Shown: positions 38,283-51,892 of the stretch, piece after piece
How the letters are laid out: the number at the start of each line of letters is the position of its first letter
Position numbering within the stretch: position 1 is the first letter of the stretch
Assembly (NCBI GenBank): GCA_951406725.2
Contig: OX597836.1
Span: 49,786,001 to 49,850,000, forward strand
DNA from: Octopus vulgaris
Lineage: Eukaryota
Direction: 5' to 3'
DNA length: 64,000 bases
Notes under the pieces: generated by a model
The model's input: only the letters and a program-made list of their open reading frames with translations
Databases searched by the model: none
What the model was told of the DNA's origin: nothing
Position numbers and translations under genes: made by a program

Positions 38283-38504
38283 TATATATATTAAGAGAGT
38301 GAGAGGGGGAGAGAGAGGGAGTGAGTGAGAGATTTTTGAAAGGGTCCATTAGAATGTAGGCGCCTCAACATGTTGGGTACTAGGACTGGCTAGGTATCAT
38401 AACATTCGTGGTGCGGTAGAAACAACCATGATGTATCATGTGTTGGTAGTGTACGTTAGTTAGGTATGTATGCATACATGTATGTATGTATGTAAGCATA
38501 TGCC

Positions 38505-40130
38505 TTAAAGCTTAGACCGATCATAGCAGGACCTGCATGTGAAACCCGCAGACTTAATAACTTCTTGGACATTCTCCTAAGACCCTTTCGAAAACACAGA
38601 GTTACATACGAGATGACCTGGACATACTAAATCATCTGCTAAAACTGGAAAATGAACACACAACTTTTGTTGCTTTCGGTGTTATCAACCTATATACTTA
38701 TATAACCCATGACTACCGAATAACTGCAATCAAATACAGGCTAGACACACACAAATCTGAACTGCCGACATGCATTGAAAAACACTTGTTCACTGACGGG
38801 CTAAAGTTCATCCTCCAAAACAACTACTTTACCTTCAGTGATTCAGCATACCAGCATATTTCAGGAACTGTAATGGGAACGAAAGTAGCCCCTACATACA
38901 CCAATTTAGTCATGGGATTCCATGATCTAAAGTTTTACAGCCAATACCTTCTTATCTTCGGAGATACATTCTATACACAACTCAAAAATGATTTGAAAAG
39001 GTACCTGGATGATTACTTTATCTTATGGCAGAAAAACCTGGATACACTGACAAGATTCAAAACTATGCTGACCAACTTATTATTTACAATGGAGTTTAAC
39101 ACTAAGAAACTTGCCTTCTTCGATATTTTAATCACCAACAAGGATGAGAAAATAGAAACAGACATATTCTATAAACCCACGGACTCCAAACAGTGCCTTC
39201 TATTCATATCTTGATGCTCTAAACACACCAAACTGAATATTCCCTTTAACCTAGCAAAGCGAATTTGTACAATAGTCTCAGACCCAACCAAATGGAACAA
39301 AGACCGGAAGAACTTAAAGACACCCGTCTTTGGCTGAGTGTTTTTAAGTTCTTCCAGTCTTTGTTCCATTTGGCTTAATCATCAATGGAATATACAGGGC
39401 AAAACATATTCATATCAAGGAACGAAGGAAAAAGCGAGAATCAAAACAAAGAAAAATATTTTACCATGTGTGTCAACACACACACACACACACACACACA
39501 TACACACACACAAAGCAGTCCCCCCCCCACAAAAAAAACAAAATCACATACATATATACACCCACTATAATATACAAAACATATTTCCCCCGCCAAAAAA
39601 ACCAAAAGCAACACCCATACACATAGACACACTCACACAGACAAAACAACACACACACAGCTGGACAGAACTACTGACCATATCCTCTTATTAAAAAAGA
39701 AGGAAGACAGAAAAACGCTTTGCCAATATATCCCCAAAACACAAACACACACACACAGATAGCCATACCTTACAACACATATACATACATACCCACACAC
39801 TCACACAGACAAAACAACACGCAGTCACACACACACACACACACACACAAAGCAAATGGAAGATAATTCTCCCAAATCGTTTGAAAGATCTTCCATAAAA
39901 CAACACTTAACAACTAAAACAGATTCTCTCAATAGAAACAGAAAAAAAGAAAAATGTTTTGATAATATATCACCCTAAAGTAAAATTTTACTAAGAACAA
40001 AACATGGGTGTAAACTGTTAACCCCTAATTTTTTTGTTTTTTACTTCGCCAAAAATTCTTTTTGATATTTGATAAGATGGGTATATCGAAACCGGTTATA
40101 TTTTAAATCACTCACTGTAACAAAAATATC
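38505..40130 (+). mobile_element. Penelope-like element, decayed RT region
   Basis: RPIIAGPACET, NNYFTF..GTVMGTKVAPTYTNLVMG, KRYLDDYF, TDIFYKPTDSKQ, IPFNLAKRIC; decayed hammerhead-like motif at 40066-40100. Confidence 0.85.
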
Positions 40131-40204
40131 AGACATTCTCTAAAATATACTTCTGTGAGTTTTCCAAATTTTTTTTTAACCTTTTTAAAAAGAATTTTTG
40201 ATTT

Positions 40205-40985
40205 TAGTTAGTTAGTTAGTTAGTTAATTTGGCTCAAAAGCAAATAGCAAGGCCATGTAGGGGGACATGGAGTTAAGTACAGGGTGGTGTTCATGTAAAG
40301 AGTTCAGGCCACTTGAGGTCAAGGAGGCTTTGAACAAAGCGGTCGTCGGTATCTTCACCATCTCGTCTGGCAGCTTGTTCCACGGATCCGCAACCCGGAC
40401 GGAGAAAGCTCCTCTCCTTCGATTGAGATGAAATCGTCGCAGGTAGAGCTTTTCGGAATGACCCCGCAGCCGACGCTCTGGAGCAGGAGTGAAGAACATC
40501 TCTTTCGAGAGGTTACACTTTCCGCTTATGATGTTGTGGGCGAGAATGAGATCACCACGGCGGCGGCGTTTTTCAAGAGAATAAAGGTCGAGCGTCCTCA
40601 GCCTTTCTTCATAGGACAAATTTTTGAGACCATGAACCATGCGGGTAGCCAGCTTCTGGACTCTTTCGAGATGCTGTATGTCTTTGAGGAGATAAGGAGA
40701 AGAGGCTTGGATCCCGTACTCCAATATGGGTCTCACCAGCGTGACATAGAGTGGTAGGAATATGGCTGCTGTGAGCATTCCGAATGACCGTCGAATCAAG
40801 AACAGAATTCCGCGTGCTTTGTTGGCAGCATGGACGCACTGGGCCGAAGGCGAAAAGGAGGAATCCACCAAGATACCCAGGTCCTTTACCTGATCGGTCC
40901 TCTCCAGCAGCAGACGACCCAGCTCGAAATCAAGTTGAGTTGCAGGAGGAGAGCCAACAGGCAGATGACAGCACTTTGACACGTT
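40205..40985 (-). mobile_element. CR1-like LINE 3' fragment with (TAAC)n tail
   Basis: Open 252-aa frame KDLGILVD..LYVTLVRPILEY..LERVQKLATR..SYEERL..RGH..WNKLP; tandem TTAG at 40205-40226. Confidence 0.9.
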
Positions 40986-41053
40986 CAGACACAGGTCCCA
41001 TTCGTTAGACCACTTCCAAATGGTCTATTTGTATGGACTCTTAACCCCATTTT

Positions 41054-41118
<65 letters not shown>

Positions 41119-41294
41119 ATATAATATAATATAATATAATATAATATAATATAATATAATATATGCATATATACATACATATATGTACATACTTACATAT
41201 ACATGTATATACATATACACATATAGACACAGCACGTCACAGAATGTAAACAGCGTGAAATACGAAATACGAAATCCTAGAATACGAATTTTTT

Positions 41295-41426
41295 TGCGAA
41301 CAACAAAAGAAACAAATGGAAAACAAGACAAGCAGCATAAAGAACGACCCTTCATCAGTTGTCGGCTGTTTTTCTATTCTGTATTTCGGGCAGTGAATTG
41401 CTCGAAATACAGAGTAGTAAAACAGC

Positions 41427-41480
<54 letters not shown>

Positions 41481-41482
41481 CA

Positions 41483-41513
<31 letters not shown>

Positions 41514-41523
41514 GATATATATA

Positions 41524-41559
<36 letters not shown>

Positions 41560-41700
41560 TGTATGTATGTATGCTGACATGATACATCATGGTTGTTTCT
41601 ACTGCACCACAAATGTTATGATACCTAGCCAGTCCTAGTACCCAACATGTTGAGGCGCCTACATTCTAATGGACCCTTTCAAAAATCTCTCACTCACTCC

Positions 41701-41783
<83 letters not shown>

Positions 41784-41793
41784 TGAGTGAGAG

Positions 41794-41845
<52 letters not shown>

Positions 41846-41987
41846 CCAGTTGTCGGCTGTTTTACTACTCTGTATTTCGAGCAATTCACTGCTCGAAATA
41901 CAGAATAGAAAAACAGCCGACAACTGATGAAGGGTCGTTCTTTATGCTGCTTGTCTTGTTTTCCATTTGTTTCTTTTGTTGTTCGCA
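41295..41987. repeat. Inverted duplication of a hairpin-containing 135-bp unit
   Basis: 41295-41429 is the reverse complement of 41853-41987; each unit contains a long hairpin (41847-41926). Confidence 0.85.
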
Positions 41988-42226
41988 CGAATGTTATGAT
42001 ACCTAGCCAGTCCTAGATTTTCTTGGGGCCGGCCAGATTGGAGCAGTCTCGAGTGTAACCAGGTGAAACTGCAGGGACGATCTGGAACTCGACTGATGGT
42101 AGAAAGCTCCGAATGACCCATCCTTGTTTTTTCCTGTCCTTCTATGTATTGTCTAACTGTCCAGATGTTTTGCTGTCGCCTGTTATGTTCTTGTTCCATT
42201 TTTTGGTTTGTTTATATGTACACACA

Positions 42227-42310
<84 letters not shown>

Positions 42311-42313
<3 letters not shown>

Positions 42314-43536
42314 GGTTTGGACAAAATAATAGAAACATCTTAAAATTTCAAACAAATTTATTTTAATATGGGGTAGGACCACCTTTGGCAGTAATTACAG
42401 CTTGAATTCTACGAGATATGGATTGTTTCTAAAGGAATTCTTGTTCATTCTTCCGCTAAAGCAATCTCCAGTTCTTCCAGTGATGATGGTGGAGGATATC
42501 GACTCCTTACTGAATTGCCCCATAAATATTCAATAATATTGAGATCTGGGCCAAATAAGATGGTGGCCAGATAAGATGTTCATGCCATTCAGTAACAACT
42601 TTAGCTGCGTGAATTGGTGCATTATCACCCTGAAAGATTGCGTTTTCCCCCGGAAACAGTTCCGCAACCATAGGATCAGATAAAATGCTTAAATAGTTTT
42701 GACTATTAATTCTGCCAAGAAGGGAAACCCCTAGGCTGGCAAATTTCCAAGACATAGCCTCCCAGATCATCACAGATCCTCCTCCATGTATAATAGTTGG
42801 AAGTCGGCAGTGTTGGCCAAATGCTTCTTTTGGCTGTCTCCACAAGTATACTCGGCCGTTGGCCGGAAATAAGTTAAAAGATGACTCGTCCAAGAAAATA
42901 ACATTCTTCCACTGCTCTAGGGACCAATTCTGTAGGTTTTTACTCCACTCTAAAAGCTTTGCAGCGTTTGTTTTTGAAAGTAGTGATTTTCTGAATGCAG
43001 CCCGCCCATGAAATCTGGCTTTGTGCAGCTCCCGGCGAATAGTTTTAGTGGAAACTGGGTTCTCAAGGTGGTCCTTAAGCTCTGTAGTCATTTTGGGAAC
43101 TTTACTTTTGTGATCCTTTCTAACAATTCGCATAAGAGTCCGATGGTCCCTATCTGAAAGTTTTGGTTTTCTTCTGGAGTTTTGTTTCAACGAGGAAGTT
43201 TTTCCCTCTTTCTCAAAGGCTGTCATTACTTTCGAGACAGTACTTCTTGATACACCAAACATTTTGGCTGTTTTCACTATGCTAGCGCCTGCCATACAAG
43301 CACCAACAATTTGATCTCTTTGAAAGTTCGATAGATCTATCATTTTAATGAATTTTAATTAACTTTTTTCTAATGATATCTGAAAAGAAACAACAATTTT
43401 AGCAAATCATATTAAGCAACACTAATAATAAATAAAAAAAAAACATAAAAATAAACAAGCTTTTGAGAGTTTTATAGACATTTCAAAATTATGATGCTAT
43501 GATATTAGGTGTTTCCATTATTTTGTTCAACCCCTG
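42311..43536 (-). mobile_element. Tc1-family DNA transposon, full length
   Basis: About 31-bp TIRs CAGGGTTTGGACAAAATAATAGAAACATCT / AGGTGTTTCCATTATTTTGTTCAACCCCTG within (TA)n. Confidence 0.93.
42420..43343 (-). pseudogene. Tc1 transposase (DDE), C-terminally frameshifted
   Basis: ORF 42507..43343: paired-like HTH, WKNVIFLDES, HGGGSVMIW, FQGDNAPIH; the WPPQSPDLNIIE motif is broken by a frameshift. Confidence 0.88.
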
Positions 43537-43572
<36 letters not shown>

Positions 43573-43966
43573 TATAGGTACCAACAGTAATATAAGCCTG
43601 AGATTTGAGTCAGATTTTCTTACAGGTGTAGTGTAGATATAAGAACACGAATAGTGTTTAAAATTTACTAGAGTTGTTTCAGTAGAATTTTATTTATGTA
43701 TTTATAGATTACATCATTGAATAAATTTACCAACATCAAGTAAAATTTAGAACAGGTAGAAACAGGCACAGTAAATGTTTGATGATGACCTATCCAACAA
43801 TCAGCATGATGAGTAAAGTATTCATCATTTTTTTACCATGGACAGGGTTCGATCCTGATCAGTCGCTGAAAGGGATGAAAGAGTTAAATAAATAGTTTTT
43901 ATCCAGCTCCTGACAACCTTCTTTTTCTTTGTGCGTGTGTGTGTGTCTACGTGGTTCAACTCTTAC

Positions 43967-44154
43967 CTGCTCCTTCAGATAATGCTGTACATAAGCCTGG
44001 TGCAAGAGCGGATACTTCTTTTGCTGCTTTGAAATATGAGTCGATCTCGGCGTAAAGAACCCCAAATGAATTTGTGTAACCGACGCTGCAGGCGGCGATG
44101 TACATGCCACAGAATACAAGCGTGCCCTGGGTGGCTCTTTGGTGCCATTTGTTT
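43967..44154 (-). CDS. MCT-like gene, 188-nt exon (TM1-TM2)
   Basis: Acceptor CTATTTTCAG|A, donor GCAG|GTAAGA; encodes NKWHQRATQGTLVFCGMYIAACSVGYTNSFGVLYAEIDSYFKAAKEVSALAPGLCTALSEGA. Confidence 0.88.
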
Positions 44155-44469
44155 CTGAAAATAGACACAAAAAAAGCAAAAGTGTATTTTAAGCATTGTA
44201 ACGTTTTGTAAAGGTCATTGTCAGTAGACGAAGATATGTGGCCTAATGATAATTAGGGTGTTGTTCCACTCACAATCGCGACATCCTGATTTCGATTCTT
44301 GGACTAGGTGTTATGTTCTTGAGCAAGTCATTTTATTTCATGTTGCTCCAATCCATTGAGCTGTAAATGTGTAACCCTGCGACAGATTGGCATCGCGTTC
44401 AGGGAGGATACTGTAAGTCATGGAAACTAGGTATGAATCCCAGGACTGGAGAAAACGATGTTTAGGAGT

Positions 44470-44513
<44 letters not shown>

Positions 44514-45278
44514 GTCAGTAAGTTGCGACATCATCATCTTTAATTAACAGTGTCATATTGAGTTGGTGGCAGGTTGGCAACAATACACAAAGACATATAC
44601 AACAGACAAACAAAAGGCCCTTTCTGGATCATTTTAGGCCCATGTATAGCTGTATGGTCAAGAAGTTCACTTTGCAGTCAAATGGTTTCAGGTTCAGTCC
44701 CACAACACAGCACCTTGGGCAAATGTCTTCTACTGGGACCCTTACAGTTTGTGTTTATCAAATTCATTTAGACAGTTTAGCCCAGAGCTATATTAGAAGA
44801 CTGTTGCCCAAGATGCGGCACATTGAAACTGAACACGAAACCACATGGTTACAAAGCGAGCTTCTTAACTACACAACCACGCCTGTCCTAAAGTGAGAAA
44901 ACAAACCGAATGAATAAGTATAGAAGTACAAAGGAGATGTGGTTAGCACTGAAAATACAGTTTGAGGCCAGAGTTCAATAATGATAAAGGGTGCTTATTA
45001 ATCAAACAGGTGACCTTGTTTGAATCTATAACATTCCAGCATATCGTTCACCAATACTGAATGTAAAGCAAGATAAAATAATGATTACAAAAGGTAGAAC
45101 GTCCTGAACAAAGGAAAAAGAAAAGAAAAATCTAAGATTAAATTTAATGGTAAATGATAAGATTGGATTGACAAGGTATCTAAACATTCACTCTGCTTCT
45201 CCCTTGGTCTCTCTCTCTCTCTTTCTCCCTCCCTCGCTGTCACTCCCACTCATTCTCTATATAATATGCAATATAATA

Positions 45279-45511
45279 CAGGGTGTTCAAAGAGTCTCTC
45301 CGCAGTAAATTTTTTCATACCGCGCATCACTATGGCGCTACTTCAAGAGTTTTTCGGTGAACAAATTATTTCGAAGGGACTTTGGCCACCAAGAACACCT
45401 AATTTAACACCGACAGACTTTTTTTTCAAGGGAGCGGCTAAAGGATCAGTGTATAAGAATCGCCTGAAAAATATGAAATACTTACTGCGGAGAGACCTTT
45501 TGAACACCCTA
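45279..45511 (+). mobile_element. Tc1/mariner-derived MITE (233 bp)
   Basis: TIRs CAGGGTGTTCAAAGAGTCTCTCCGCAGTA / TACTGCGGAGAGACCTTTTGAACACCCT, TA flanks; retains a WPPRTPNLTPTDFFF transposase motif. Confidence 0.85.
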
Positions 45512-46047
45512 TATTATATTATATTAGCTTGTCCACTCGCTCGTGTGTGTGTGCGCGCACATACACCCACGTGTGAGTGGACAAGCTAAAGAAAGTGGCA
45601 CTTGAGACATTTGGTAGGAGTTCCATATATCATTTCATAACAGTTTAATTTAGCTCTATGCAACTTAAAGTTTCGTAAGCTCATCAAAAGAACTTCTCTC
45701 GTCAGGCTCAAAGAAAGCGGTGAGATGGATCCAAGACGGCTTCTGGATATTGGGTTAACAGAGGTCAACAGAGGTCAATGGTAGCGACGACAAGTTCCAA
45801 TTTTGTCTTACAATCTAAATTCCTTGGAACATATGCTTGAACAGGAAGGATACTGATGGCAACCCTCAGACTTGGCAGTGGGACTGGATTTGTTAGCGAT
45901 AACAGATCGCTGTTGTGCGTATATGTGTGTATATACCTGAAGTGTATTTATCTGAAACGTGTGCAAGCATATTTGCTGTGTGTGTGTGAGTGTGTAAGTG
46001 TGTGTGTGTGAGTGTGTAAGTGTGTGTGTGAGTGTGTGTGAGTGTGT

Positions 46048-46093
<46 letters not shown>

Positions 46094-46792
46094 TTCCTTG
46101 AGTTTTATTAAGTTCTTCTGAAGAGAGTTCAAGCCGGTCACTAACAAAACGACAACATTTTTTGAGTTCAGAGCCTTCGTTGTGGATGTAGTTGAGTTGA
46201 TGTGTTGGTTGAACTGTTGATGCACACGGCCAACTGTGTGCATCTTACTCATCTAAACAATCCCAACAATCTCAGATGAAAAACCTTGAATATCTTACAA
46301 ATTTTTTCACTGTATCTCTAATTGATTGGATTTGGAGAATCCGCGTCAGTTTCTTTAGCTCTCCCATCGGAAAAGCCTACTATTTTAGGCATAGGTGTGG
46401 CTGTGTGATAAGAAGCTTGCTTCTCAACCACATGGCACTTTCGGTAAGTGTCTTTTACTATTTTACTATAGCCTTGGACCGACCGAAGACAGAAGCTGAA
46501 AGAAGTCCAATTGCAGCGTGGAAGGTGTTTATAAGCCATTTAAAAAACACACAAAAACCATTAGATTCACTTCAACATATAAAATTTAATATGCCAAAAT
46601 ATTTTCGTCGCTTTGAGACCGCAACCTGTTCACTGACAAAAATCCGTGCTGTATCTGAGAAAGTAACAGTTAGTTCATGATATATATGTACGTACGTATG
46701 TATGTACGTATGTATGTATGTATGTATGTATGTATGTATGTATGTATGTATGTATGTATGTATGTATGTATGTATACGTGTGTGTCACACAC

Positions 46793-46823
<31 letters not shown>

Positions 46824-47099
46824 CATTTGTCCCTCTCACCATCGTCTGACGGTGAATGGATACAACGTCTTAGATAGGTATATGCACATATAACGTGAAA
46901 CTCTGAGTAACAGTTTTGTAATATTTCTGCTGCTTTTCAATAAAGGGTGAGTGTGTTTGTGTGTCGTATCGCCAATATTTATGACGATACTTTTTCCACT
47001 ATAACTGTTTAGTAACAATAAAATACATAATGAAACAGGGTAACGACGACGTAACAAACTCTCCACGAACCAACAAATGATATTCCGACAAACTACCAA

Positions 47100-48458
47100 A
47101 ATGATACTTTACAACTTCCTGCGGTTAATGCCTACTCTCTCTCGTCTCTCACTCAGACCGCTACTATTTATAGACGTTCGATCAAGTCTATTCTCATAGG
47201 AAGTGTCATGATTCTCGAAACAACATATCCCTTTTTGAGATTTCAGCTCTCGTAGGAAACAAAATTTATTTTATTTTTCTTTCTTTCTTTCCAACACCTC
47301 TCCCTTTTTGAAATGTTGCTTCCCTAGGGAGTTCAGTACTTTTTCCACTTATGGATTATCTTTAAACGTTCAGTCTGATTACGTTTCCTGTTACTGCTCC
47401 TAGAATCAATCTCTTTCAGTGCTGGCACATCAAACATGTCGTAAAGCACTTCCATTAGAATTTCCTTCCTTTCTTCTGTATGTATGGTTTTTAATTGATT
47501 TAGATGTCGTTTATGTTCCCATCGTTGGCCTTTTATCAAATACATCATGTTTCCAAAAATTTTAATCACTACACTATCCTGCCGACTCTCTTTACCATTC
47601 TTGTATACTTTGAAATGGACTTTGTCTCCGACATCAAAATGTTGACTTGCCTGAACTGGTATTCACATTGGGCTTTATTCTGTTCACCTTTAAGAATTTA
47701 GCGCTTTGTCATTTCCTAACTCGTTCCTTGCTTTTTTAGCGCTCGCTTGAAAGTACCTATGACTGGTTATGCTTGCCCATTTGACCTTGGGTAGTAGGGT
47801 GGGGTAAACATATGCTTGTTTGTATGCATTTTGCAGAATTTTCTTGAATTCGTATCTTGTAAATCGTGTTCCATTGTCCGATACTATAGTGTCCAGAAGA
47901 CCGTATCGAGCAAAAAGTTCATGCAGGAACTTTACTGTTGCCTTCGAAGCAGGCTGACTGCATCTACATACTTCCGGCCACTTGGTAAAGCTATCAACAA
48001 TAATCAAGTAGTAAGTGCCTTTCACTGGTCCAGTGCAGTACCTTGGCCCGCGGACTATCCGCCTCAGACCACTATTGCTATTTCATCGGTGATGCCTTAG
48101 CTGCTAGCGCACTACCTCCACATGATTTTACCAAATTTTCAATGTCTCGGTCCATTATCGAGCAATACACGTAACTCCTCATCAAAGCTTTCATTCATCA
48201 TATCCCCGGCTGTCCACTATGAAATTCATGGAACATCCGTTTCTGTAGTGCAGTTGGTATTACCACTCTTTCTGCGTACATTAATATATCGTCGCAGAAA
48301 TGGTTTGTATTCGCGTTTCTCTTTTGTTTAGTTGTCAAAGTGTCCTTCGTTTTTATGATGTAACACCTACTCTCTCATCTCTCACTCAGACCGCTACGAT
48401 TTATAGTCGTTCGGTCAAGTCTATTCTTGCAGAGGGTGTTGTGACTTTCGCCACAACG
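47100..48458 (-). mobile_element. Gypsy-like LTR retrotransposon remnant (two LTR pieces and integrase core)
   Basis: Direct repeats 47130-47225 and 48364-48458; polypurine tract AAAAAGGGATA|TGTTG at about 47236-47221; integrase YLIIVDSFTKWPEV..LFARYGLLDTIVSDNG (47690-48025). Confidence 0.8.
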
Positions 48459-49948
48459 AGATATATATATATAATGATATCAGGGAAGTTAATATAGATA
48501 GTCAAACAGAAAAACTTGATGTAAATTACAAATGATGCTTTGAATTATAATGCATGAAAGAAATATATGCTAGTCAAGTTATAAAGTTGTAATAACATGC
48601 TACAGTATCAATAAATTGATTTAATTGTAATGTAGAATAAATTATAAGGCCTTTGGTTTTGAAAATTAGATTATACTAGTGAGTGTTTATGAAAGGAAAA
48701 ATAAAGTTTTAGAAGAATAGTAAGTATGAAATAGAATTATAATTGTTTTTCTCAGTGTGGAAGCGCAATCTATAGGTGGTGGTTAGATTTGAGATGCAAA
48801 TGGAACAATGTAAGTCTTTAAAATCAGTAATTGTTAAGTAATTATGAGCATCCACTTTTGATATTTTGCTAGATGTGATTTAGAAATTGTTGCCAGATTG
48901 GAGATAAATGGCCAACATAGTCTTTCTATTTGTTCGAAGTATTTGGCTAATCATTGAAATGTATCTTAGTTGTCATTTTTTTGTTCATAATTATTTCCAT
49001 GGTATTTGCTCTCATCATCTTTCTGGTTCAGTACTCTCAGCCAAGACCTTTAAGTGTGACACTTGTTTCTCTTCCTATCGGCACCATTTCTTTGTTGAGT
49101 TTCCTGTTAGTCATGAGCCCTTTTGTTCTGGTAGCTTCTTTTCTGAAATGGCTGCTCTCTGGAACTCAATGCTATTGTCTTGTTTTTTCTCTGGTCTATG
49201 ATATTCTATCCTTTAAGCTTTCTGTCAATCAATGTCTTTTGAATTTCTTTATGGTCCCTTGCACTATATTGGCCTCAAATCTCATTTTGGACAAAACTAT
49301 GAAAATTATCCAGATTTTCACTAATACAAAAAATTGCTGGGTTATTTTGACAGACATTAACACTCATCCAAAAATGAACCTCATTTGAAACTAGCAACTG
49401 AATTAAAACAATTACTTCTCAACCAATGTATTTTACCATCAAAGATCACAGGAATAATTTTGAATAAAACTCAGCCATTAGATTGTCAGACTGAACTATA
49501 ATGGGCACTGGAATTCTTAGCAAATATTTTCCAAATAGAATTTATTTAAATTTATTAAAATCTTTACTTACAGAGAAGGTTCTCTGTCATTATTAGGGAA
49601 TTCTTATATTGTTATTCATTGGTTATTTTTACATCAGTTAACAAAGCAAATTTCAAATTCTTGCACTCCAAAATGTAATTATTAAATGTTTAAAATTCTT
49701 CTATATATTCTTTTTAAAGCAAAGCAAATAAGACACTACACTGCATTCACAAGAATTCCAACTACCCCAAGAATATAATCAATAATTAAATTAAGCCGGT
49801 TTCTCTGAGATTATTCAATCTCTTGAGAAATTAGGATTCTTTCCATTATTATTATGATGGTCTCTTCTGGAGTGGATTCCAAGATAAAATTAAATTTGGT
49901 GAAAATATCAAAAAGACCAGAACTGACAAGAAAAGAGATATGATGTGG

Positions 49949-50053
49949 TTTATACCACTAATTAATGTATACCACTAATTAATTTATACCACTAATTAAT
50001 TTATACCACTAATTAATTTATTCCACTAATTAATTTATACCACTAATTAATTT
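49949..50053. repeat. Minisatellite, 6 x 17 bp (TTTATACCACTAATTAA)
   Basis: Direct reading. Confidence 0.92.
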
Positions 50054-51216
50054 AGCTGTATTAACAATTATAACCAAAATATTTCTCAAGCTATTAAAGA
50101 AACATCACCACCACAACATAAATACCAGAGAAAATTTACCAATAAAAACTGTATTGAAATATCATATTTATCTCCATTTTATTTTGCACAAAGTTTAGCT
50201 AAGTTCAAACCATCAAAACTTAATCCACCCCAATGCAATGCCAGCACTATTAGTTGTAATTGTATTCATCATCAACATCATCATCATCATCATAATTATT
50301 ATCAACATCATAGTCATCATCATCATCATCATTTAATGTCCACTTTCCCATGTTTGCATGGGTCAGATAGAATTTGTTGATGCAGATTTTCTACAGCTGG
50401 ATGCCCTTGCTGTCACTAACACTCACCTGTTTCCAAGCAAGACACGTTTTCCATGGCAGACAGGAAATGAACGATCTCACTTGTATTGTACATTTACAAT
50501 TATTGCATGATGTCTAGCTAAGGGTACACAAAAAGGTACCAACTTTCTGTTGTAAATCCATCATATGATGTATGTCCCATTGATCCTACTTATATCTTTA
50601 CTATTAATTAAACTAGAAGCAAGTAATGTGGTGCTATAATAATACTGCTCGTTTATTCTCTCGTTAGACTGATTCTAGATTTATGTTTCCCATACTTTGG
50701 TTTGCTTCATTTCACCTTATGTTAGTCATATGTTAGTCATTTGTTTATCTAATTTGTATGCTTTTTAGCTCATTGTTTCAGTTTACAACTTCGGTCATTG
50801 TAAATATAGCAAAAATGTCTTGTATAAGTGTTATCACTGTTGCTTAATCAAAGTCTGAATATGGGTAAGTCCGTGAATGGTAACCTGGAATTCTGAGCAA
50901 CAGTTTGTGAAGATCTTTTTACTTTTAATAAACAGTATGGTTGTGTGTATGAAGATCTATTTATAGAGTGATACAAATGAATAAGACTTTAATTGGTCAT
51001 TTAAACTAATTATTGATCTTCTGCTATTTAAATTACTGCTTCGTAATTAGTGCTTTGTGCTATCATTTGCGTGTGTGTGTGTGTACACACAAACATCAGT
51101 ATGTATGTACATGTGCGCTAATGTGTATGTGAGTTGATGCCATGTTAATGGTCTTGAAATAACACAACCATCCTTCAACATCAACAAAGCGTGACATTCC
51201 AATTTAAGCCCCCCAC

Positions 51217-51326
51217 CCCTGTTTCATTCTCAATCCTCTCCTGCTCCCCCCCCTATTTCATTCTCAATCCTCTCCTGCTCCCCCCCCCCCCCTATTTCAT
51301 TCTCAATCCTCTCCTGCTCCCCCCCT
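51217..51326. repeat. Three tandem copies of about 36 bp (CCCTATTTCATTCTCAATCCTCTCCTGCTCn)
   Basis: Direct reading. Confidence 0.85.
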
Positions 51327-51589
51327 TCTATTTTTCTCTTTGCTTCCAATTATATTTATTTATTTGCTTTATTAATTATATTATTTTCTTCTCACTTTAT
51401 CTTTTATTCATTCAAATTGAATATGGAATGATTAACCTACCTTTCTTCAGAAAATAGAAGCATATCTTCCTTAGATTTTCTACAGCTGGATGCCCTTCCT
51501 GTCACAAACCCTCACCTGTTTCCAAGAATTTTATTCTTATTTATATTTATATTTTTCTGACTCCTTGAATTTTCATTTTATTATTGTTG

Positions 51590-51644
<55 letters not shown>

Positions 51645-51851
51645 CATCATTATTATTACTATTATTATTATTATTGTTATTATTATTGTTATTGTTATTA
51701 TTCATCACTTTATTCTTTTTTACTTTATCGTATTCATCTACAGTTTCTTCAAATTTCTTTTCACCTCTGGGCATGTCTTCCTTGCAGCGAATCATACAAG
51801 ACAACCCGATGATTACATCTGTCGCTATGGCCCTAGATTGGCTCAGCTTAC

Positions 51852-51892
51852 TTTCTGTAGTAGAGATGATGTTTTGAACTGTCAGGAATCAT
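51852..51892 (-). CDS. Candidate first coding exon of the MCT-like gene (MIPDSSKHHLYYRK)
   Basis: ATTCAG|A ATG ... AGA AA|GTAAGC gives a phase-2 end that matches the phase-2 start of exon 44154; lies in unique non-repeat sequence. Weak polypyrimidine tract and no homology support. Confidence 0.45.

Noticed and set aside
40205-40226. (TTAG)n as an interstitial telomere repeat
   Set aside because: It sits exactly at the 3' end of a CR1-like LINE and is its tandem tail.
45586-45900. Short unique stretch with a 46-codon plus-strand open frame
   Set aside because: No recognisable domain, weak splice signals, no partner exons.
48600-49260. Hydrophobic ORFs 48908-49388 as a membrane protein
   Set aside because: T-rich composition with faint similarity to decayed LINE 3' ends (ALWNS); no splice or domain support.
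49572-49620. Strong minus-strand donor GTAAGT as an alternative first exon
   Set aside because: The nearby ATG gives phase 1, incompatible with exon 44154, and the phase-2 frame has an upstream stop with no Met.
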